Below, piece by piece: positions 19,290 through 29,726 of a DNA stretch of 64,000 bases. Both the position numbers and the translations under genes were made by a program. Under the pieces are notes generated by a model, which saw only the letters and a list, made by a program, of their open reading frames with translations, searched no databases and was not told the DNA's origin. Each line of letters begins with the position of its first letter. Positions within the stretch are counted from its first letter, which is position 1. The stretch is from Candidatus Micrarchaeota archaeon. GTDB taxonomy: Archaea; Micrarchaeota; Micrarchaeia; Anstonellales; Bilamarchaeaceae. Location: assembly GCA_043821365.1 (NCBI GenBank), contig JBDRCX010000002.1, positions 142,875 through 206,874 on the forward strand, read 5' to 3'.

Positions 19290-19967
19290 ATGGAACATAA
19301 GATAGAAGGAGAGGTAATGCAGGCGTTAACTCTTGAATTGGAAGCTGGCGAAGAGGTATTTGCAGAATCAGGTGCAATGGCTTGGATGACAGATAATGTT
19401 AGTATGGAGTCATATATGCGTGGCGGACTTGGAGCTGGATTAGGGAGAATGTTCACAGGAGAATCACTTTTTATGGTTAGATATAAGACAACAGGAGGGA
19501 AAGGTCTTGTTACTTTTGCTCCTTCATTCCCAGGTAAAATCCTAAAATTAGAAATAGTACCTGGAAAAGAAATGATTTGTCAAAAGGATGCGTTTTTAGT
19601 TGCACAAGAAAGTGTGCAGTTTGAAACAATCTTCAAAAAGAAACTTGGTGTTGGTCTTTTTGGTGGTGAAGGATTCTTACTTCAAAAACTTTCAGGAAAT
19701 GGTCTTGCATTTGTTGAAATAGATGGAGAAGTTTTTGAGATGGATCTTAAGGAAGGAGAAAAAATGAAAGTTGATACTGGTTCAATAGCTATGTTTGAAC
19801 CAACTGTCAAATATGACATCCAGATGGTGAAGGGTGTGAAAAATATGCTTTTTGGTGGTGAAGGGCTTTTCCTTGCAACCCTGGAAGGTCCTGGTAAAGT
19901 CTGGTTGCAGACAATGCCAGCAAGTAGTCTTGCACAAAAGATAATCCCGTATATCCCATCAAGATGA
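19290..19967 (+). CDS. TIGR00266 / AIM24 family protein
   Basis: AESGAMAWM, FTGESLF, CQKDAFL, FGGEGF repeats, GPGKVWLQTMP. Confidence 0.92.
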   Translation: MEHKIEGEVMQALTLELEAGEEVFAESGAMAWMTDNVSMESYMRGGLGAGLGRMFTGESLFMVRYKTTGGKGLVTFAPSFPGKILKLEIVPGKEMICQKDAFLVAQESVQFETIFKKKLGVGLFGGEGFLLQKLSGNGLAFVEIDGEVFEMDLKEGEKMKVDTGSIAMFEPTVKYDIQMVKGVKNMLFGGEGLFLATLEGPGKVWLQTMPASSLAQKIIPYIPSR

Positions 19968-19971
19968 TGGT

Positions 19972-20277
19972 ATGGATAAGATAAAATTATCTAGCAACGA
20001 TTTGCTTTTTGCAGCTGCTGCGTTGTCTGTTATTCTGATAATAGCAGTATTCGTAGTCGTTGCTATTCTTGTTCTTTTTACTATTGGTTCGCCATTTGTA
20101 CTTTTCAGTACCATCCTTGGTTTTGGTGTTTTTGGTATTTTTGCTTTGATTGGCCTTGCCATAGCTACCATAAGTTTTTGGTATGTAATCTATGCGTTTA
20201 TCAAAAATTATTTTGATGGCAATGATGATATTAAGTCTACTAAGAATTATTCTATAAACAGAATTAAAAAAAGTTGA
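19972..20277 (+). CDS. Small membrane protein
   Basis: Long hydrophobic stretch; follows TIGR00266 gene by 4 nt. Confidence 0.6.
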   Translation: MDKIKLSSNDLLFAAAALSVILIIAVFVVVAILVLFTIGSPFVLFSTILGFGVFGIFALIGLAIATISFWYVIYAFIKNYFDGNDDIKSTKNYSINRIKKS

Positions 20278-20280
20278 AAA

Positions 20281-20586
20281 TTAGCTTAATGATATTTTTA
20301 CGAATACATTTGTTGGGACTTTTATCCTTAATATCTGTTTGATATATTTTTCATCGCCCTCAACATCACAAAGTCTCTTATGGACTCTCTTTTCCCAATG
20401 TTCGTATGTGTCTGTTCCGTCTCCACACGGAGTTCTTCGGCATGCGATTTCCATTTTCCTTCTTGGGAGCCTGACTGGACCTATGAATGTCATACTTAAG
20501 GTTGTAGATAAATTCTTTATTTGATCAACTACATTATCGAGGGCAGCAGGGTCCTCACCACTAAGTTTAATCCTAACTTTTGTCAT
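20281..20586 (-). CDS. rps10: 30S ribosomal protein uS10
   Basis: VRIKLSG, GPVRLP, RRTPCGDG, WEKRVHKRL; SD GAGGT. Confidence 0.93.
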   Translation of the reverse strand: MTKVRIKLSGEDPAALDNVVDQIKNLSTTLSMTFIGPVRLPRRKMEIACRRTPCGDGTDTYEHWEKRVHKRLCDVEGDEKYIKQILRIKVPTNVFVKISLS

Positions 20587-20746
20587 GTAATACCTCTAAA
20601 TAAGCAAAAATTGCGAATTAGATATTAATTTACAAAGGTATTTAAACCAGACGATTATCTTGTTTTTAATCGTTCTTTTATGGATATTCTTAGTGGTAGA
20701 ATATGAATACCCATGTCTTATAAATAGTTTGTGCCAATCCTTTAGT

Positions 20747-21451
20747 GTGCAAAAATTCAAACCATCAGAAGTAAGAGAGGCTGCTTTAGATAGGATAAAG
20801 AAAATACAGCCACTATGCGAAACAATCCTTGGTAGGAAATTAGATGCTAATGTGAAAGTTCGCGTACATGGAAGATTAGTTACTGGTTTTATGTTTGATA
20901 TCTGGTACCCATGTAAAAAAGCATTTACTGTTCCATTTTCTGATGTTGCTTCTGAAGATCTTTTTACTAGAACAGCACGAGTGCTATTCTCTCCAGTTCT
21001 ATTTACACTCAGAAGAATCTACGAAATATTATATCTTGATTTTGGTGCACGATCTGGCCATGCAATAACAAGAGATAATGTCATATATATTTTATCAAGA
21101 ACAAAAACAAAACCAAATACTGCTGAATTTGATTATTTTATTGCACACGAATTAATCCATTTACTTACACCAGAAGTGGAACAATACTATGGAAATATTG
21201 GTACTACCATAAGTGAAGGTCTTGCAACTTATTATGGTGAAAAAGTAGCCCAACTAATTCATCCAGAGCTTAATGTTATAGGAGATATTGAAGCAAGAGC
21301 ACCATATATCTGTGGTTATAATTTTATCAAAGCTATAGCTGAAATAACTGGCCAGGATCCATTCAAAGTCATGTCCAATACCCCTGTAATAGAAACTGAA
21401 AAAGGTCACGAATATCTTTATCGATTGCGTGCTTTAATGGCTACAGCCTAG
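20747..21451 (+). CDS. Hypothetical gluzincin-like metallopeptidase
   Basis: IAHELIH followed by ISEGLATY; GTG at 20747 lies ~22 nt after TTATAAAT, preferred to TTG at 20660. Confidence 0.6.
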   Translation: MQKFKPSEVREAALDRIKKIQPLCETILGRKLDANVKVRVHGRLVTGFMFDIWYPCKKAFTVPFSDVASEDLFTRTARVLFSPVLFTLRRIYEILYLDFGARSGHAITRDNVIYILSRTKTKPNTAEFDYFIAHELIHLLTPEVEQYYGNIGTTISEGLATYYGEKVAQLIHPELNVIGDIEARAPYICGYNFIKAIAEITGQDPFKVMSNTPVIETEKGHEYLYRLRALMATA

Positions 21452-21540
21452 TTTACAATAAAAAAATTCAATAACTTTATAAATTTGTATTGAGATAGAA
21501 TGTCCTAGTTCTTAGAAATTTTGAAGCGGGAGAGGTTAGT

Positions 21541-22464
21541 ATGAACCATGTATTATATCTTAAGGAATATGATGGAAAATGGATTGAATCTGTTATTGAT
21601 ATGGCATTGGATATAAAGAAGAATCCAACAAAATATCAAGATGCACTAAAACACAAAACTCTTGCAATGATTTTTCAAAAAACTTCTACAAGAACAAGGC
21701 TATCCTTTGAAACTGGGATGACAAAACTTGGTGGCCATGCGATTTATGTTGATTGGAGAACAACTCAGCTTGCAATCGGAGGCGTACAAGACGAGGCAAA
21801 AGTTATTTCAAGCTATGCTGATGCAATAATGGTAAGACCTTTGAAACATGCAACTTTGGTCGAGATGGTAAAGGGTTCTAAAGTCCCAGTCATCAATGGG
21901 CTTTGTGAAAAATACCACCCATGCCAAGCACTTGCAGATCTAATGACAATAAAAGAAAAATTCGGGAAAACAAATGGTGTTAAAGTCGTGTACACTGGTA
22001 TTGGAAATAATGTAAGTAACTCACTTTCATATGCGTGTGTGACTACTGGTGTTGATTTTACTCTCTCAGTTCCAGAAATTGATAAAGACGGTATTGATCA
22101 AGATAAAATGAAAAAGATCAAAGTACACCAAAACTATAATGAAAATCCGAACATTCAAGATGCAGTAAAAGGTGCCGATATCATTTACACTGACACGTGG
22201 GTCAATATGGAATTCTTCACTGATCCAAAATTTGCTCAAGAAAAGGAAAGAAGAGAAAAAGCATTCATGCCATATCAATTAAATAAAAAATTAATGGAGA
22301 TTGCAGGACCTCAGGTACATTCTATGCATGATATGCCTGCGCATATTGATTATGAGATTGACGAGTATGGATTAAGAGGGCCAAAATCTTTGGCATTTAT
22401 TCAAGCAGAAAATCGTATGTGGGCTCAGATGGCTTTACTTATCAAACTTATTGGTGAAAAATGA
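21541..22464 (+). CDS. argF: Ornithine carbamoyltransferase (atypical DxxxNME / HDMP variant)
   Basis: FQKTSTRTRLSF, HPCQALAD, YTDTW, QAENR; upstream of carA. Confidence 0.85.
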   Translation: MNHVLYLKEYDGKWIESVIDMALDIKKNPTKYQDALKHKTLAMIFQKTSTRTRLSFETGMTKLGGHAIYVDWRTTQLAIGGVQDEAKVISSYADAIMVRPLKHATLVEMVKGSKVPVINGLCEKYHPCQALADLMTIKEKFGKTNGVKVVYTGIGNNVSNSLSYACVTTGVDFTLSVPEIDKDGIDQDKMKKIKVHQNYNENPNIQDAVKGADIIYTDTWVNMEFFTDPKFAQEKERREKAFMPYQLNKKLMEIAGPQVHSMHDMPAHIDYEIDEYGLRGPKSLAFIQAENRMWAQMALLIKLIGEK

Positions 22465-22465
22465 G

Positions 22466-23530
22466 ATGAAAGCAGTTTTGGCTTTGAAAGATGGTACTGT
22501 GATCCACGGATCTGGTTTTGGTGCAAAAACCGAAATGTTAGGAGAACTTGTTTTTAATACCTCTATGATGGGATATCAAGAAGCACTTACTGATCCAAGC
22601 TATGCTGGTCAGATATTGCTAATGACCTATCCATTGATTGGGAATTATGGAACTAACAAAACAGATCAAGAAAGTAGTAAAATACATGCAAGTGGGTTTG
22701 CCATCCGTGAGATTAGTGAAGATTATCAGCACAAAGACTCAGTAAAAAATATTGATTCTTTTTTGAAAGACCACAATGTTCCTGGAGTATGTGGGATTGA
22801 TACAAGATTTCTTGTGAGGCATATTCGTGATAAAGGTGTAATGCCAGCAATTCTAGCAACGTCTGACAAAGAACTTGATGTACAAAGTTTAATTGAAAAA
22901 ATGCAGAAATTTGATTACTCTTCAATTGATTTTGTTTCTAAAACATCCACAAAATCAAAACAAATCTATGGTGAGGGAAACAAAAAAATTGCATTAATTG
23001 ATTATGGAGTTAAGATGGGGATTGTTAAACAATTAATTGAAAGAGATTGCGAAGTTCATCTATTTCCTTGTACATCAACAGCAGATGAAATAAAATCAAT
23101 AGAACCAGATGGGATCTTACTTTCTAATGGGCCAGGTGATCCTGCAATTTTAAAATATGCTCACAAAACAATTAGAGAACTGGAAGGCTATAAACCAATT
23201 TTTGGGATTTGTCTAGGCCACCAACTTCTTGCACATGCATTTGGGGGAGACACCTATAAGTTGAAATTTGGTCATAGGGGAGCAAATCATGCAGTTATGG
23301 ATGTCAAAACAAAAAGAACATACATAACAACCCAGAATCATGGTTTTGCAGTCGGTAAAATTCCAGATGGATTTGAAGTGACTCAGATCAATGTTAATGA
23401 TAAAAGTGTGGAAGGAATGCAAAACAATTCAAAAAACATTTTTTCAGTACAATACCATCCTGAAGCATCTCCAGGCCCACACGATACGAGATTTCTCTTT
23501 GATGATTTTTTGAATTTGATCAAAAAATAA
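22466..23530 (+). CDS. carA: Carbamoyl-phosphate synthase small subunit
   Basis: GELVFNTSMMGYQEALTDPSY, LSNGPGDP, GICLGHQ, SVQYHPEASPGP; ATG at 22466. Confidence 0.96.
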   Translation: MKAVLALKDGTVIHGSGFGAKTEMLGELVFNTSMMGYQEALTDPSYAGQILLMTYPLIGNYGTNKTDQESSKIHASGFAIREISEDYQHKDSVKNIDSFLKDHNVPGVCGIDTRFLVRHIRDKGVMPAILATSDKELDVQSLIEKMQKFDYSSIDFVSKTSTKSKQIYGEGNKKIALIDYGVKMGIVKQLIERDCEVHLFPCTSTADEIKSIEPDGILLSNGPGDPAILKYAHKTIRELEGYKPIFGICLGHQLLAHAFGGDTYKLKFGHRGANHAVMDVKTKRTYITTQNHGFAVGKIPDGFEVTQINVNDKSVEGMQNNSKNIFSVQYHPEASPGPHDTRFLFDDFLNLIKK

Positions 23531-23543
23531 TATTGGTGATAAA

Positions 23544-23987
23544 ATGACAGAAAAACCAGAAGGAAAAAAGGAAGATAACAATGTGAAATGTAGTTTTTGT
23601 GGAAATGATACTTTTTGCGATCAATGCAAAGCAGACTCTACAAAAGGAGATGGCATGGAACACGTTTGCTATGATTGTTACCAGGGTATGAAAGGGATAT
23701 TACCAGACAATGTAAAAGACAAGACCCACGTTTGCATACCTCAAGAAAAAATAGCAGAAAGTTTCCAGAATTTTATCAATGATGTTACTGCAAAAGCATT
23801 TGCAGAACTTTGGAATGCTGAAAAGAAAAAATTAAAAGAAATGTCAAGACAGGAGCTTGCTGAAGCATCTTTCTTTGAAGGTGCACGTTTTATGTTTGAC
23901 TTCATGCAAAGAATGTCGCAAGACCAGCAAAATAAACCAGCCGAAGAAAAACACGAACATAAACATGATGAAAATTGTAAACATTAA
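23544..23987 (+). CDS. Cys/His-rich putative Zn-binding protein with His-rich tail
   Basis: CSFC, CDQC, HVCYDC, HVC; tail KHEHKHDENCKH; SD GGTGA; stop overlaps carB ATG. Confidence 0.75.
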   Translation: MTEKPEGKKEDNNVKCSFCGNDTFCDQCKADSTKGDGMEHVCYDCYQGMKGILPDNVKDKTHVCIPQEKIAESFQNFINDVTAKAFAELWNAEKKKLKEMSRQELAEASFFEGARFMFDFMQRMSQDQQNKPAEEKHEHKHDENCKH

Positions 23988-26900
23988 TGGAGATATTAAT
24001 GGTAAAAAAATCAAAAAAGGCCGCGTCAGAAGGGCAAAATTCTGACAAGATTTGCCAAAAAGTTGGCAAAGTACTTGTGATAGGTTCTGGACCGATTGTC
24101 ATAGGCCAGTCTGCAGAATTTGATTATTCTGGTACTCAGGCTTGCCGTGCACTTCGTGAGGAGGGCATACAAGTTGTTTTGGTTAATTCAAACCCTGCAA
24201 CTATCCAGACTGACAAAGATACTGCAGATATTGTTTACATAGAACCATTAACTGTTTCTGTTTTGGAAAAAATAATTGAAAAAGAAAAACCAAATGCACT
24301 CATTGCAACAATGGGAGGGCAAACCGGGCTTAATCTTTCCATGGAGCTTATGAAAAAAGGCATTTTGGAAAAACACAATATCAAATTTCTTGGTACAAAT
24401 TCGAATTCAATTGATGTTGCAGAATCTCGTGAACATTTCAATCGTTTAATGGAGAAAATAAATGTTCCAATTCTTCCTGGGCGTGTTACTACAGAAATAT
24501 CTGATGCAAAAGAATTTGCAAATAAAAATGGCTATCCAGTTATAATTCGTCCATCATTTACATTGGGTGGAACAGGAGGAGGAACTGCATACAATGAACA
24601 AGAACTTGAAAAGATAATGGAACTTGCTCTTCAATTGAGTGCAACAAATGAAGCTCTTGTTGAAAAAAGTATAATTGGCTGGGGGGAATTTGAATATGAA
24701 GTGATTCGAGATTCCATTGGTAATTCCCAAATAATATGTAATATGGAGAACATCGATCCAATGGGCATACATACAGGTGAAAGTATTGTTGTTGCCCCAT
24801 CACAAACATTAAGTGATGTTGATCATCAGGTTCTGCGTAATGCATCACTAAGAATAGTAAATGCAATTGGTATTGAAGGTGGTTGCAATGTTCAGCTTGC
24901 TATGAACCAAGAGACTGGAGAGTATGTAGTCATAGAAGTGAATCCCCGACTTTCACGTTCTTCTGCACTTGCATCAAAAGCAACTGGCTATCCGATTGCC
25001 AGGGTTGCAACAAAAATAGCCCTTGGTTATTCATTGCCGGAGATAAAAAATGCAATAACTGGAACATCGGCAGCATTTGAACCTACTCTTGATTATGTTG
25101 TTATTAAAATTCCAAGATGGCCTTTTGATAAATTCCCTAAAACTTCACGCGTAATCGGAACACAGATGAAAAGTACTGGGGAAGTTATGGCAATAGGAAG
25201 AACATTTCAAGAGGCGCTGAACAAAGCTCTAAGAAGTTTGGAAATTAAAATACCAAAAAATATCAATCCTGCTGATCATCTTTTTCCAGCAACAGATCTT
25301 CGTATCTTTGCCCTTTTGGAAAGCTTTAGGCAAGGAAAATCATTGGACGAACTTCATAAAATAACAAAAATCAACAACTGGTTTCTAAGAAGAATAGAAT
25401 CATTGGTTGTACTAGAAAATAAAATTAAATTAAACAAACTTACAAAAGAACTTCTACTGGAAGCAAAACATTATGGTTTTTCAGATCTTCAGATTGCACA
25501 ACTAAAAAATACAAATGAACTTGAAATAAGGAAACTCCGTAAATCATTTGCCATTCTTCCAACATACAAAATAGTTGATTCATGTGCAGGTGAATTCGAG
25601 GCTCTCACACCATATTATTACTCTGTTTATGAAGATGAGAATGAAGCAATTCCTCTAGATGGAAAAAAGGTTGTTGTTATTGGCTCTGGCCCAATAAGAA
25701 TTGGTCAGGGCATTGAATTTGACTATTGCTGTTCTCAAGCTGCATTTGCCCTACGTGATCTTGGGTATAAAAGTATTATGATAAACAATAATCCAGAAAC
25801 AATAAGCACTGACTTTGATTCAAGCGACCGTCTTTATTTTGAACCTCTGACTTTTGAAGATGTAATGAATATAATTGACAATGAGAAACCTCTTGGTGTT
25901 ATTGTTCAGCTTGGAGGGCAGACAAGCATTAACCTTGCAGAAGCATTGGTAGATGCAGGGGTGCCATTGCTAGGCACCTCAATTTATGGTATTGATACTG
26001 CTTCTGATAGGGACAAGTTTAGGCATCTTGCTCATAAATTAAAAATTCCACAACCACAAAATGATGTTGCTTCTAGCGAAGAACAAGCTCTTGTTGTTGC
26101 TTCTAAAATCGGATATCCTGTTGTTGTTCGTCCAAGCTATGTTATTGCTGGACGTGCAATGGAAATAGTTAGAAGTGATGAAGAACTTCGTCGTTACATA
26201 AATGAAGCTGTTGATGTTAGCCACGAACGTCCTGTGCTTATTGATCGATATCTTGACAATGCAATTGAATGTGAAGTTGATGCAATTAGCGATGGAGAAG
26301 AAGTATTTATTGGGGGGTTAATGGAGCATGTTGAACCTGCAGGTATTCATTCTGGTGATGCAAACATAGTTATCCCATCAATACATCTTACTGATAGCGA
26401 GAAAAAAACAATCGTTAGATATACGGATGAACTTTGCAAAGCACTCAAGATCATTGGCCTTGTAAATATCCAGTATGTAGTCAAAGACAAAGTAGTCTAC
26501 ATTCTTGAGGTCAATCCACGGGCAAGTCGTACTGTTCCTTTTGTAAGCAAGGCAATTGGCATACCAATGACAAAAATAGCAATTAGTACAATGTTGGGTA
26601 ACAAACTTCCAAAATTAGCATTCACTATGAATCATTTTGCAGTCAAAAGCATTGTATTTCCTTTTCTAAAACTCATCGGAACTGATATCAAACTAGGTCC
26701 AGAAATGCGTAGTACTGGGGAAACAATGGGTATTGGTAAATCATTTGAAATGGCATATTTCAAGGCATTACTTGCTGCTGGTATTCGGTTACCTGAGAAC
26801 AAAAAACACAGTGCCTTTATCAGTCTTAATGATGAAGATAAAAAACAAGTTCCAAAGCTTGTTTCTCTTTTGAAAAAACTCGATTTTACAATTTATGGTA

Positions 26901-27190
26901 CCATGGGCACTGTTGGACAGGTTTCTGGTGCAATTCCAATTCCAAAAATGGGTGAAGGAAGTCCTGATGTTGTTGAACTTATAGAATCTGGAATAGTTGA
27001 TCTTGTGATAAACACTCCAACAAAAGGAGGTGGAGCGCACACAGATGGGTTCAAGATGAGGAGAGCAAGCATACTAAGCAGTATACCATGTATTACAAAT
27101 GTCAATACTGCTCATGAATTTTTAAAAGCACTAGTAGAATTACAGAAGAAAGAATTGGATATACGCAGAGTTGACAAGTATTCAAACTAG
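23987..27190 (+). CDS. carB: Carbamoyl-phosphate synthase large subunit
   Basis: GSGPIVIGQSAEFDYSG, two ATP-grasp halves, GSGPIRIGQGIEFDY, MGS-like C-terminal domain; alternative start 23999. Confidence 0.97.
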   Translation: MEILMVKKSKKAASEGQNSDKICQKVGKVLVIGSGPIVIGQSAEFDYSGTQACRALREEGIQVVLVNSNPATIQTDKDTADIVYIEPLTVSVLEKIIEKEKPNALIATMGGQTGLNLSMELMKKGILEKHNIKFLGTNSNSIDVAESREHFNRLMEKINVPILPGRVTTEISDAKEFANKNGYPVIIRPSFTLGGTGGGTAYNEQELEKIMELALQLSATNEALVEKSIIGWGEFEYEVIRDSIGNSQIICNMENIDPMGIHTGESIVVAPSQTLSDVDHQVLRNASLRIVNAIGIEGGCNVQLAMNQETGEYVVIEVNPRLSRSSALASKATGYPIARVATKIALGYSLPEIKNAITGTSAAFEPTLDYVVIKIPRWPFDKFPKTSRVIGTQMKSTGEVMAIGRTFQEALNKALRSLEIKIPKNINPADHLFPATDLRIFALLESFRQGKSLDELHKITKINNWFLRRIESLVVLENKIKLNKLTKELLLEAKHYGFSDLQIAQLKNTNELEIRKLRKSFAILPTYKIVDSCAGEFEALTPYYYSVYEDENEAIPLDGKKVVVIGSGPIRIGQGIEFDYCCSQAAFALRDLGYKSIMINNNPETISTDFDSSDRLYFEPLTFEDVMNIIDNEKPLGVIVQLGGQTSINLAEALVDAGVPLLGTSIYGIDTASDRDKFRHLAHKLKIPQPQNDVASSEEQALVVASKIGYPVVVRPSYVIAGRAMEIVRSDEELRRYINEAVDVSHERPVLIDRYLDNAIECEVDAISDGEEVFIGGLMEHVEPAGIHSGDANIVIPSIHLTDSEKKTIVRYTDELCKALKIIGLVNIQYVVKDKVVYILEVNPRASRTVPFVSKAIGIPMTKIAISTMLGNKLPKLAFTMNHFAVKSIVFPFLKLIGTDIKLGPEMRSTGETMGIGKSFEMAYFKALLAAGIRLPENKKHSAFISLNDEDKKQVPKLVSLLKKLDFTIYGTMGTVGQVSGAIPIPKMGEGSPDVVELIESGIVDLVINTPTKGGGAHTDGFKMRRASILSSIPCITNVNTAHEFLKALVELQKKELDIRRVDKYSN

Positions 27191-28338
27191 ATCCTAAAAA
27201 GAAGAAATAAAGTTGGGAGAATTATGGATCCCATTAGATTTGTTCTTTCAACTCCTATTTTCACAGTAAGCCAGCCTAATGTTGTTGATAAAATTAAAAT
27301 CATAATTCCAGTCGTGCCATCTATGGCTACAGTTATCAAAATAAGATAGGCTGCAAGAAAAATATTTACTTTGGAAAAATCCAAAGATGATAGTTTTGCA
27401 ATGTACTTTCTTAGTAAATAAATTCCAAAAACTGCGATACTTAAGCTGATTATAAATAAACAAGTCAAAAATACTAGATTCTCTTTTATGTTTATGGCTT
27501 CAGCAAGCCATACAACTGCACCAATTCTACTTTTACCAATAGAAATTGATGTTGCTAATGCAAAAATGGCTTGGCTTACGGATATTGAGCTTATTGTTGC
27601 TAAATAACCAAGTGTATTCATTGGTATGAAAATAGTGGCAAAAACTGCAACTTGTGCAGGTGAACCTACTCCTGGTATTAAGTCTGCAAGCATGCCTAGC
27701 AAGCTTCCAATAAACACAAATAATAAAAAATCAAATTTTATTTCTTCTTCTTTTTGTTCAGGTATTTTACTTTTTCTATAATTTACTATTGCAGCCATTG
27801 CAAACATTCCAGAAAATAGCGGCAGGAAAGGATCAATCATGTCACTTTCAAAAGACAGTCTACCTAACAATCCTGAAAGCAAAAAAACAAAAAGCGAAAA
27901 ATGCGGTTTTTTGGTTTTCAATAAAAGCAGAATCGATATCCCTAGTAAAATCCATCTCATGTGCTGTTTTATTATGCCATAAGTAAAAACAAAAAAATCC
28001 ATTGAAAGATAAAGAAAGCTAATGGAAAGAAAAGCAGTAACTATTGATGAAAATAGTACAATTTTCAAGGCAGTGAGTCCTTTTCCTTCAACTACCATTC
28101 TTTGACCTGGTAAAATAGCAACAATAGTTCTGCTATCAGGTATTCCAAAGAATATTGAAGGTATAAATGCAGAGATTAAATTTGCTGGATAAAGTGAAAT
28201 AATAATCAAGGCAAGTGTTCTACCATCAAGTCCAAAATTTGACATTGCAGAAATTAACATATTCGGATGCAATCCTGGGAAAAACCCAGTAACAAAACCA
28301 AAAACTAGACCTATAATAAAAGATTCTATATCGCCCAT
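27187..28338 (-). CDS. Tripartite tricarboxylate transporter TctA-like (DUF112) membrane protein
   Basis: TGFFPGLHPN, FIPSIFFGIP, ILPGQRM, IPGVGSPAQ, multiple TM helices. Confidence 0.82.
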   Translation of the reverse strand: MGDIESFIIGLVFGFVTGFFPGLHPNMLISAMSNFGLDGRTLALIIISLYPANLISAFIPSIFFGIPDSRTIVAILPGQRMVVEGKGLTALKIVLFSSIVTAFLSISFLYLSMDFFVFTYGIIKQHMRWILLGISILLLLKTKKPHFSLFVFLLSGLLGRLSFESDMIDPFLPLFSGMFAMAAIVNYRKSKIPEQKEEEIKFDFLLFVFIGSLLGMLADLIPGVGSPAQVAVFATIFIPMNTLGYLATISSISVSQAIFALATSISIGKSRIGAVVWLAEAINIKENLVFLTCLFIISLSIAVFGIYLLRKYIAKLSSLDFSKVNIFLAAYLILITVAIDGTTGIMILILSTTLGWLTVKIGVERTNLMGSIILPTLFLLFRI

Positions 28339-28411
28339 TTATCCCCCAGCTGTTTGAGGTTATAGGGTATATAAACATTGGTTCTGGTTTGTAGTTGCAC
28401 TACACATAAAA

Positions 28412-29716
28412 TCAGCCAATAGCCACATTCTTTATTCTTATATGTGGGCCACCATCACTTACTGGTGCTTCCTGCCCCATTTTTCCACAAATACCAGGGC
28501 TGGTTCCAAAATCATTACCTACAACTTCAACATCAAGCATGGTTTGGAGAATGTTACCAGAAATGGTTACGTCTCTTAAAATTTTTCCTTTTTCTCCATC
28601 TTTTATTTCATAAGCTTCAACTGCTTTGAACATAAACCCACCTGAAAAAATATCAACACTTCCACCTCGCATTCCTTTCAAATAAATTCCTTCTTTTACA
28701 TCAAAAACATCAGAAACAGAGTTCTGTCCTTTTTGGAAATAAGTATTACCCATTCTTATTATTGGAACCTCTGAATATTCATCTGCTCGTGCATGTCCAT
28801 TTAACTCTATTCCAAGTTCTTGTGCAGTTTCCATCGAGCTTAAGTATGTTTTGAGAATTCCATTCTCAATCAAAATTGCTGGCTTTGCCAATACTCCTTC
28901 ATCGTCATATTTATAGCCGCCAAAATCATTTGCCGTAGGGTCATCTATTATTGTTACTAATTCATTTGCTATTTTTTTGCCAAGTTTATCTGCAAGTATT
29001 GATTCCCTATCAACTATGGAGTCTGCTTCGCATGCATGTCCAACTGCTTCATGGCTAAATACACCCGTCATTTCAGGGTCAAGCACAACAGTGAATCTTC
29101 CTTTTGGCGGTGCTCCAGCATCTAGCAATCTGATTGCCTTATTCTTTGCCTCTTCTGCAGCTTTGTTTAGATCCATCTTACTAAAACCACTTCTTGACCA
29201 ATCTCTTTCTGCTCCTCTTTGTATTTGCGTACCTTTTTTTGCAATTGCAGTGCATGAAGAATAATTATAACCAGTTTCCTGTATGATTTCACTTCCTTGA
29301 GAGTTATAGAATTCTTTTTTTGTATTATATTCCGTAGAATAAACTGTTTTTGAAGTAACCAAATCATCATTCATGAATTTACTTGCTTCAAGAAGAAGTT
29401 TTACTTGCTGTTCACCGTCAATTACCCCAACTTTTTCTTTGATTGTTTTATTTTCAACTGGCGGGTTTTTGAGTTTGATTCTACCTTCTTTTAGCCTTGC
29501 AAGTTTCTGTGCATTTTCTAATAGTTTCTCTATGTCTTTCAATCTATTGCTTGATGCAAATCCCCATGATCCGTTTTCCAAAACCCGTACTCCAATTCCT
29601 TCTGAAAATCCACATGATTGTTTTATTTCATCATCTTTTATACTAATAACAGAATCAGTATTTCTTTCGATTCTTACTTCTGCATACTGGTATTTAGCAA
29701 GTATTTTGTCATACAT
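28412..29716 (-). CDS. tldD: TldD/PmbA family metalloprotease
   Basis: GIGVRV..GSWGFAS, HEAVGHACEAD, YDDEG, RMGNTY, CGKMGQEAPVSDGGP. Confidence 0.92.
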   Translation of the reverse strand: MYDKILAKYQYAEVRIERNTDSVISIKDDEIKQSCGFSEGIGVRVLENGSWGFASSNRLKDIEKLLENAQKLARLKEGRIKLKNPPVENKTIKEKVGVIDGEQQVKLLLEASKFMNDDLVTSKTVYSTEYNTKKEFYNSQGSEIIQETGYNYSSCTAIAKKGTQIQRGAERDWSRSGFSKMDLNKAAEEAKNKAIRLLDAGAPPKGRFTVVLDPEMTGVFSHEAVGHACEADSIVDRESILADKLGKKIANELVTIIDDPTANDFGGYKYDDEGVLAKPAILIENGILKTYLSSMETAQELGIELNGHARADEYSEVPIIRMGNTYFQKGQNSVSDVFDVKEGIYLKGMRGGSVDIFSGGFMFKAVEAYEIKDGEKGKILRDVTISGNILQTMLDVEVVGNDFGTSPGICGKMGQEAPVSDGGPHIRIKNVAIG

Positions 29717-29726
29717 TTAATCAACT

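Noticed and set aside
28390-28404. TGTAGT-TGC-ACTACA hairpin after tldD, and AGCG-TTC-CGCT near 19240
   Set aside because: Stems of only 4-6 bp are expected by chance; no similarity to the twin-hairpin cassette.
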